Shown here piece by piece: positions 60,221 through 64,000 of a DNA stretch of 64,000 nt. The translations under genes and the position numbers were made by a program. Source of the stretch: Patescibacteria group bacterium (lineage in GTDB: Bacteria > Patescibacteriota > Dojkabacteria > J137); contig BOLA01000001.1 in the NCBI GenBank assembly GCA_016861265.1, forward strand, positions 331,569 to 395,568. Reading direction: 5' to 3'. Below the pieces are notes generated by a model. The model made no database searches. It was given only the letters and a program-made list of their open reading frames with translations, and had not been told where the DNA came from. Every line of letters begins with the position of its first letter. Within the stretch, counting starts at the first letter, position 1.

Positions 60221-60245
60221 AAAAAACCCCGCTTTCGCGGGGTTT
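60221..60245 (-). terminator. Intrinsic terminator after rplS
   Basis: aaaccccgc-tttc-gcggggttt with a T-tract on the minus strand. Confidence 0.88.
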
Positions 60246-60261
60246 AAATTTTATAGGTTTA

Positions 60262-60684
60262 TTATTCTGCTGATGTTACTTCAGGAGTTGATTCTGTTTC
60301 TGTTTCAATTTGTCCTTCTTCTGGAACAAGAACAGTTCTTCCCTTTCTAATTCTCATAGACATCTTTCCTACTCTATCTCTCATGAAGAATAATTTAGAT
60401 CTTCTTACAGGTTCAGTTTTTAGAACCTTAATTTTTGCTACATTAGGAGAATAGAATGGTAATTTCTTTTCTACCCCTACTCCGTAGCTAATTTTTCTTA
60501 CTGTGAACATTGCTCCTGCACCGCTTCCGCTTAATGCAATTACTAATCCTCTAAACTTTTGAATTCTTTGCTTGCTACCTTCTCTAATAACTGTGTCTAC
60601 CTCTACAGTGTCACCAACTTTAACTGCTGGTACTTTCTTTTCTGTAATGTCCTTTTCTAATTTGCTTAGTACTTGTGTATTCAT
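60262..60684 (-). CDS. rplS: 50S ribosomal protein bL19
   Basis: GDTVEV...EGSKQRIQ.F.G, VRKISYGVGVE, VRRSKL. Confidence 0.97.
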   Translation of the reverse strand: MNTQVLSKLEKDITEKKVPAVKVGDTVEVDTVIREGSKQRIQKFRGLVIALSGSGAGAMFTVRKISYGVGVEKKLPFYSPNVAKIKVLKTEPVRRSKLFFMRDRVGKMSMRIRKGRTVLVPEEGQIETETESTPEVTSAE

Positions 60685-60752
60685 AATTTATTTATCCCTT
60701 TTAAAAGCTGTAAGATTATAACAGGAAAAAAAGCTGATGCAAAGCATAAAAC

Positions 60753-62150
60753 CTAGAAATTAAAGGTATATTGAGGTTGAATAACTTCGATAGTCTTATA
60801 ATCTATGCCTAAATCCACCTTCTGCCAATAATAATCTTCAGGATTAATACTTGCATAGGACATTGGATAAGAGTCTGGGTAAGAGGTTGGTGTTAGGTCT
60901 GTTTCTGGAATTTCTGGGTTAGCAATATACTTGTAAAGTGCATTCTGGTTAAAGAATTCTTCTGTAATAATATATAGATCTTGGAATGGGATTATTGCAT
61001 ATAAATCGCTACGCATATTCTTAATTCCGAAGCTCTCTTGGTCAGTGGTCATAGTATTTACTGACTCGATATCTTTAGTCTTTACATTCCACAATGTATT
61101 CCCGATTTGCTCCAGTGTACCGGTAATGTAGTACAGTTTATTACCCGATAACCACAACTTCTGTAAAACTTGTCCGTTATTTTTTGATACTAATACCTTT
61201 CTTTCTAATTCCCCTCTAGTAAACCTATATATTTCGCCCTTATCGTAGGTCTGATAAAGGCCGCTCTTACTTTCATTTGCCCAGTAAAAGTTATTGGAAT
61301 TGTTATTCTTTATTTTCTCACAAGCATAGCTATCTAGAACTTTGTCCCTTAATTGAAGGCTAAAGCATTCTCTATCTTGGTTTAAATAAATATAGCCGGA
61401 TGTAGTATCTATATTCCAAATCCTTGTTTTAGTGCTTAGAAAGTTAGTTTTATAGAGTTGATACTGTGTTCCTTTTAAATCAGTGGCCTGAATATAGATT
61501 GTATTATTCTCATCAAAGAATGAATAGTAAAAGGTTTTATCTTGAATAGAAAAGTGTGCATCAATAAATTGCTGATTTCTATCTAATCTTTTTAACAGTA
61601 TTGGCTTATTCCCTTCTGTGTTTAGATAAAGTTCAGATAAACTTATATTTGGAGAATTAATTGCATATAAATAGTTTTGTTCATTATAAAATCGGTATAT
61701 TTCTATTAAATTATTTATTTCTGCAACCTTATTGAATTTACCATCTTTCTGAAGATTGCCAATTACTGACAGTTCGTTAGTCTTTAATAAAAGCGTTCTT
61801 GATTCATCTGTTGGCATATCCTGATATTCGTTTTTTAGATTTCCTGTAAAGTCGTTAAGAATTGCTTGAGCCTCTGTTAGTTCTAAGCCATCCAGGCCAG
61901 TAGCATCGTTTGGATTAAGAATTTGACCTATAATGGAGGAATTATCGTATAGTGCTGGATTCTGGAGTAGAACCCCTCTAATTATTATTAATACAGCAAA
62001 GCACATAATTGCACTTACAACAATTAATATCAGTTTTCTGTTAAAATCTTTATTAATCTGCTGTTTTGGAGAAGGTTGAACCACAATATTAGAATCGTAA
62101 GTTGCAGTTTCTAAAGATTGATTAACTTTTTGTTCAAATTGTGGATTCAT
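60753..62150 (-). CDS. Hypothetical single-TM protein, probable beta-propeller ectodomain
   Basis: TM near residues 40-60; repeated aromatic beta-strand blades. Confidence 0.65.
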   Translation of the reverse strand: MNPQFEQKVNQSLETATYDSNIVVQPSPKQQINKDFNRKLILIVVSAIMCFAVLIIIRGVLLQNPALYDNSSIIGQILNPNDATGLDGLELTEAQAILNDFTGNLKNEYQDMPTDESRTLLLKTNELSVIGNLQKDGKFNKVAEINNLIEIYRFYNEQNYLYAINSPNISLSELYLNTEGNKPILLKRLDRNQQFIDAHFSIQDKTFYYSFFDENNTIYIQATDLKGTQYQLYKTNFLSTKTRIWNIDTTSGYIYLNQDRECFSLQLRDKVLDSYACEKIKNNNSNNFYWANESKSGLYQTYDKGEIYRFTRGELERKVLVSKNNGQVLQKLWLSGNKLYYITGTLEQIGNTLWNVKTKDIESVNTMTTDQESFGIKNMRSDLYAIIPFQDLYIITEEFFNQNALYKYIANPEIPETDLTPTSYPDSYPMSYASINPEDYYWQKVDLGIDYKTIEVIQPQYTFNF

Positions 62151-62234
62151 TTACTTAAAAACTTGTATTTAAAGGCTTTACACTTTATAATCATAGTTTG
62201 ATTAAGGAAGAATTTCAAATATTAATTTAATTTT

Positions 62235-62435
62235 ATGGCAAAGACACAAGGTCCAACATATAACCCTAGTAAAATAAAGCGAATCAGAAAGTATGGATTT
62301 AGAGCTAGACTTGCAACAAAAGGCGGCCTAAAAACACTAAAAAGAAGAAGAGCTAAGGGTAGACACGAACTTACCGCTTCTGCAGAATTTGGTACAAAAG
62401 TTCAAAAAAATAAGAAATTTTCTAGACGAAGATAA
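62235..62435 (+). CDS. rpmH: 50S ribosomal protein bL34 with C-terminal extension
   Basis: [19 protein letters not shown]...L.RRRAKGR..L. Confidence 0.95.
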   Translation: MAKTQGPTYNPSKIKRIRKYGFRARLATKGGLKTLKRRRAKGRHELTASAEFGTKVQKNKKFSRRR

Positions 62436-62460
62436 ATTTAGAATAATTACCTATAAAATT

Positions 62461-62483
62461 AAGCCGCGAAAGCGGCTTTTTTT
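62461..62483. terminator. Terminator between convergent rpmH and dnaG
   Basis: aagccgc-gaaa-gcggctttttt. Confidence 0.85.
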
Positions 62484-64000
62484 AGATAATTTTGTATAGT
62501 CCCTTGTCAATCATTAGCCTTTCTTTAAGAATCTGATTGCTTTCCTCTTGTAGTTTTTGTTGTTGCTCGGGATTTCCTTCACTAAGTTTTAATTCCCTAG
62601 AAAGAGTAATTCTTCGTTTGGAATGATATTTCTTTCGCAAATCACCAGCCTTCTTATTTAAGATTTCTACTAAATTAGGTATTTTATCCGAAAGATCGAG
62701 TCCATTCATTACTATTTCATCGTAAATATTCTGAAGATTTAATGGTACTTTTTCCTTGATTACATCGAATCCTTCCTCGGAATGTTCTCTTATTAATTTA
62801 AACAATATTTTTACGTCACTTAAGAAATTTTCCTCAGTAAATTTTAAATCTTGAAATTTATCGAATGCAATTAGTAACTCAAGCATATACTTTTCTTCGG
62901 GATTTACATCGGTAACTACCTCCGGAATGACCTCAATCTCCTGCTTCTCTTCCCTAATTGGTGAGTGACTCTTAGTTTTTTCAATTCTTGAATTTACAAA
63001 ATCTTCGGAAACCTCTAGTAGCGAAGCAATTAATTTTCGATAGTGATTAAAAAGAACTTCATCCTTTAGTAAGGATAAACATGGCAGAATCTTATATTCA
63101 AATGTAGACTTACCTTCTGCACTACCCATATCAAGTTCCTTTGTAAAATATTCGATAAGATAATCCATAGTCTGCTTTGCATTTTTAATTCTTTCCGGCC
63201 ATTTTTCCGGATCTTTCCTTATTAGTTCATCAGCATCTTGATACCCAGTTAAATCAATTACTTTATGTTTTAATTCAATCTCTTCGGCTATTCCCATACC
63301 ACGAATTAACGCCTTTAAACCTGCTTCGTCTGTATCAAAGCTAAAGTAAACAGTTTCAGCAAATCTTTTTATAAGTTTTGCCTGATTTACGGTAAATGCT
63401 GTGCCTAAAGGCGCTACTATATTACCAACTCCAACTCTATGCGACGACAAAATATCTATATTTCCCTCTACCAAAATCAAGAAATTATTTTCTTTTAAAA
63501 AATCTTTAGCTTGATAAAGCCCATAAAGCATTTCATTCTTTTTATAGACAGGAGTTTCGGGTGAATTTAAATACTTTGGCGCCTCTTTGACTGTTCCTAT
63601 ATACCTTCCACTAAAAGCTACAACCTCACCCTTTAGGTTAAAAATTGGCTGCATTACCCTATCTCTAAATTTATCTATTACCTGACCGTTTCTTTCCACT
63701 AACAACCCCCATCTGACAAGATCTGAAACTACAAAACCTTTGGCAACTAGAAATGATTTTAAATTTGTAGGTAGGTTTGGAGCAAAGCCAACCATAAAAT
63801 CTTTAATTCTTTCAATGTCAATTTCCCTTTTTTGCATTGCATAATCTAATCCTTTTTTGCCAGATTTATGCTGCATAATAATGTAGTTATAAAATTTTGC
63901 GGTTAGTAAATTCGCATTTAGTAACTGCTCTTTTTCTTTTCTTTCTTTTTGATCCCTTGGAGATATATTCTGCGTTAACTCCACACCAGCTTTTTCTGCC
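62482..64000 (-). CDS. dnaG: DNA primase (5'-truncated by window edge)
   Basis: DKFRDR.M.PI, AFSGR, PKYLNSPET, VEG..D, PLGTA, FDTDEAG TOPRIM motifs; Zn finger lies outside the window. Confidence 0.96.
   Translation of the reverse strand, partial: AEKAGVELTQNISPRDQKERKEKEQLLNANLLTAKFYNYIIMQHKSGKKGLDYAMQKREIDIERIKDFMVGFAPNLPTNLKSFLVAKGFVVSDLVRWGLLVERNGQVIDKFRDRVMQPIFNLKGEVVAFSGRYIGTVKEAPKYLNSPETPVYKKNEMLYGLYQAKDFLKENNFLILVEGNIDILSSHRVGVGNIVAPLGTAFTVNQAKLIKRFAETVYFSFDTDEAGLKALIRGMGIAEEIELKHKVIDLTGYQDADELIRKDPEKWPERIKNAKQTMDYLIEYFTKELDMGSAEGKSTFEYKILPCLSLLKDEVLFNHYRKLIASLLEVSEDFVNSRIEKTKSHSPIREEKQEIEVIPEVVTDVNPEEKYMLELLIAFDKFQDLKFTEENFLSDVKILFKLIREHSEEGFDVIKEKVPLNLQNIYDEIVMNGLDLSDKIPNLVEILNKKAGDLRKKYHSKRRITLSRELKLSEGNPEQQQKLQEESNQILKERLMIDKGLYKII

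Noticed and set aside
13878-60247. Many short + strand ORFs inside long minus-strand genes
   Set aside because: Antisense shadows with no independent coding signal.

Overview
AT-rich bacterial chromosomal window in genetic code 11, most likely from a Patescibacteria/CPR organism. This is inferred from the missing uL30, mostly SD-less core genes, sortase and many giant surface proteins; finer taxonomy cannot be determined here. It contains: (1) the right end of an island (NgoPII/HaeIII-like type II RM system, MerR-like protein, large serine recombinase) integrated at tRNA-His; (2) an accessory region (4.6-21 kb) with two giant surface proteins, a pacifastin-like protein, an SH3-metallopeptidase interrupted by one TGA, tRNA-Arg, tRNA-Lys and several GC-rich orphan genes; (3) the tuf-S10-spc cluster ending in secY-map, without rpmD or adk; (4) an ABC exporter pair with MarR, a D,D-carboxypeptidase, truB, tRNA-Leu, a sortase with its substrate, a solitary fusA, two paralogous secreted proteins, mini-SufD, rnhB, rplS, rpmH and partial dnaG. 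Most notable: an EF-Tu with NRFE in place of the NKxD guanine motif and a rebuilt switch I; a set of GC-rich, CGN-codon, GAGGTG-led genes in a genome whose core genes mostly lack SD sequences; a tRNA-Leu 5' duplicate with a precise 57-nt structured insert in the D-loop; and a recombinase stop codon created by a G3-U70 wobble in tRNA-His. All family calls come from motif recognition only; no searches were run.
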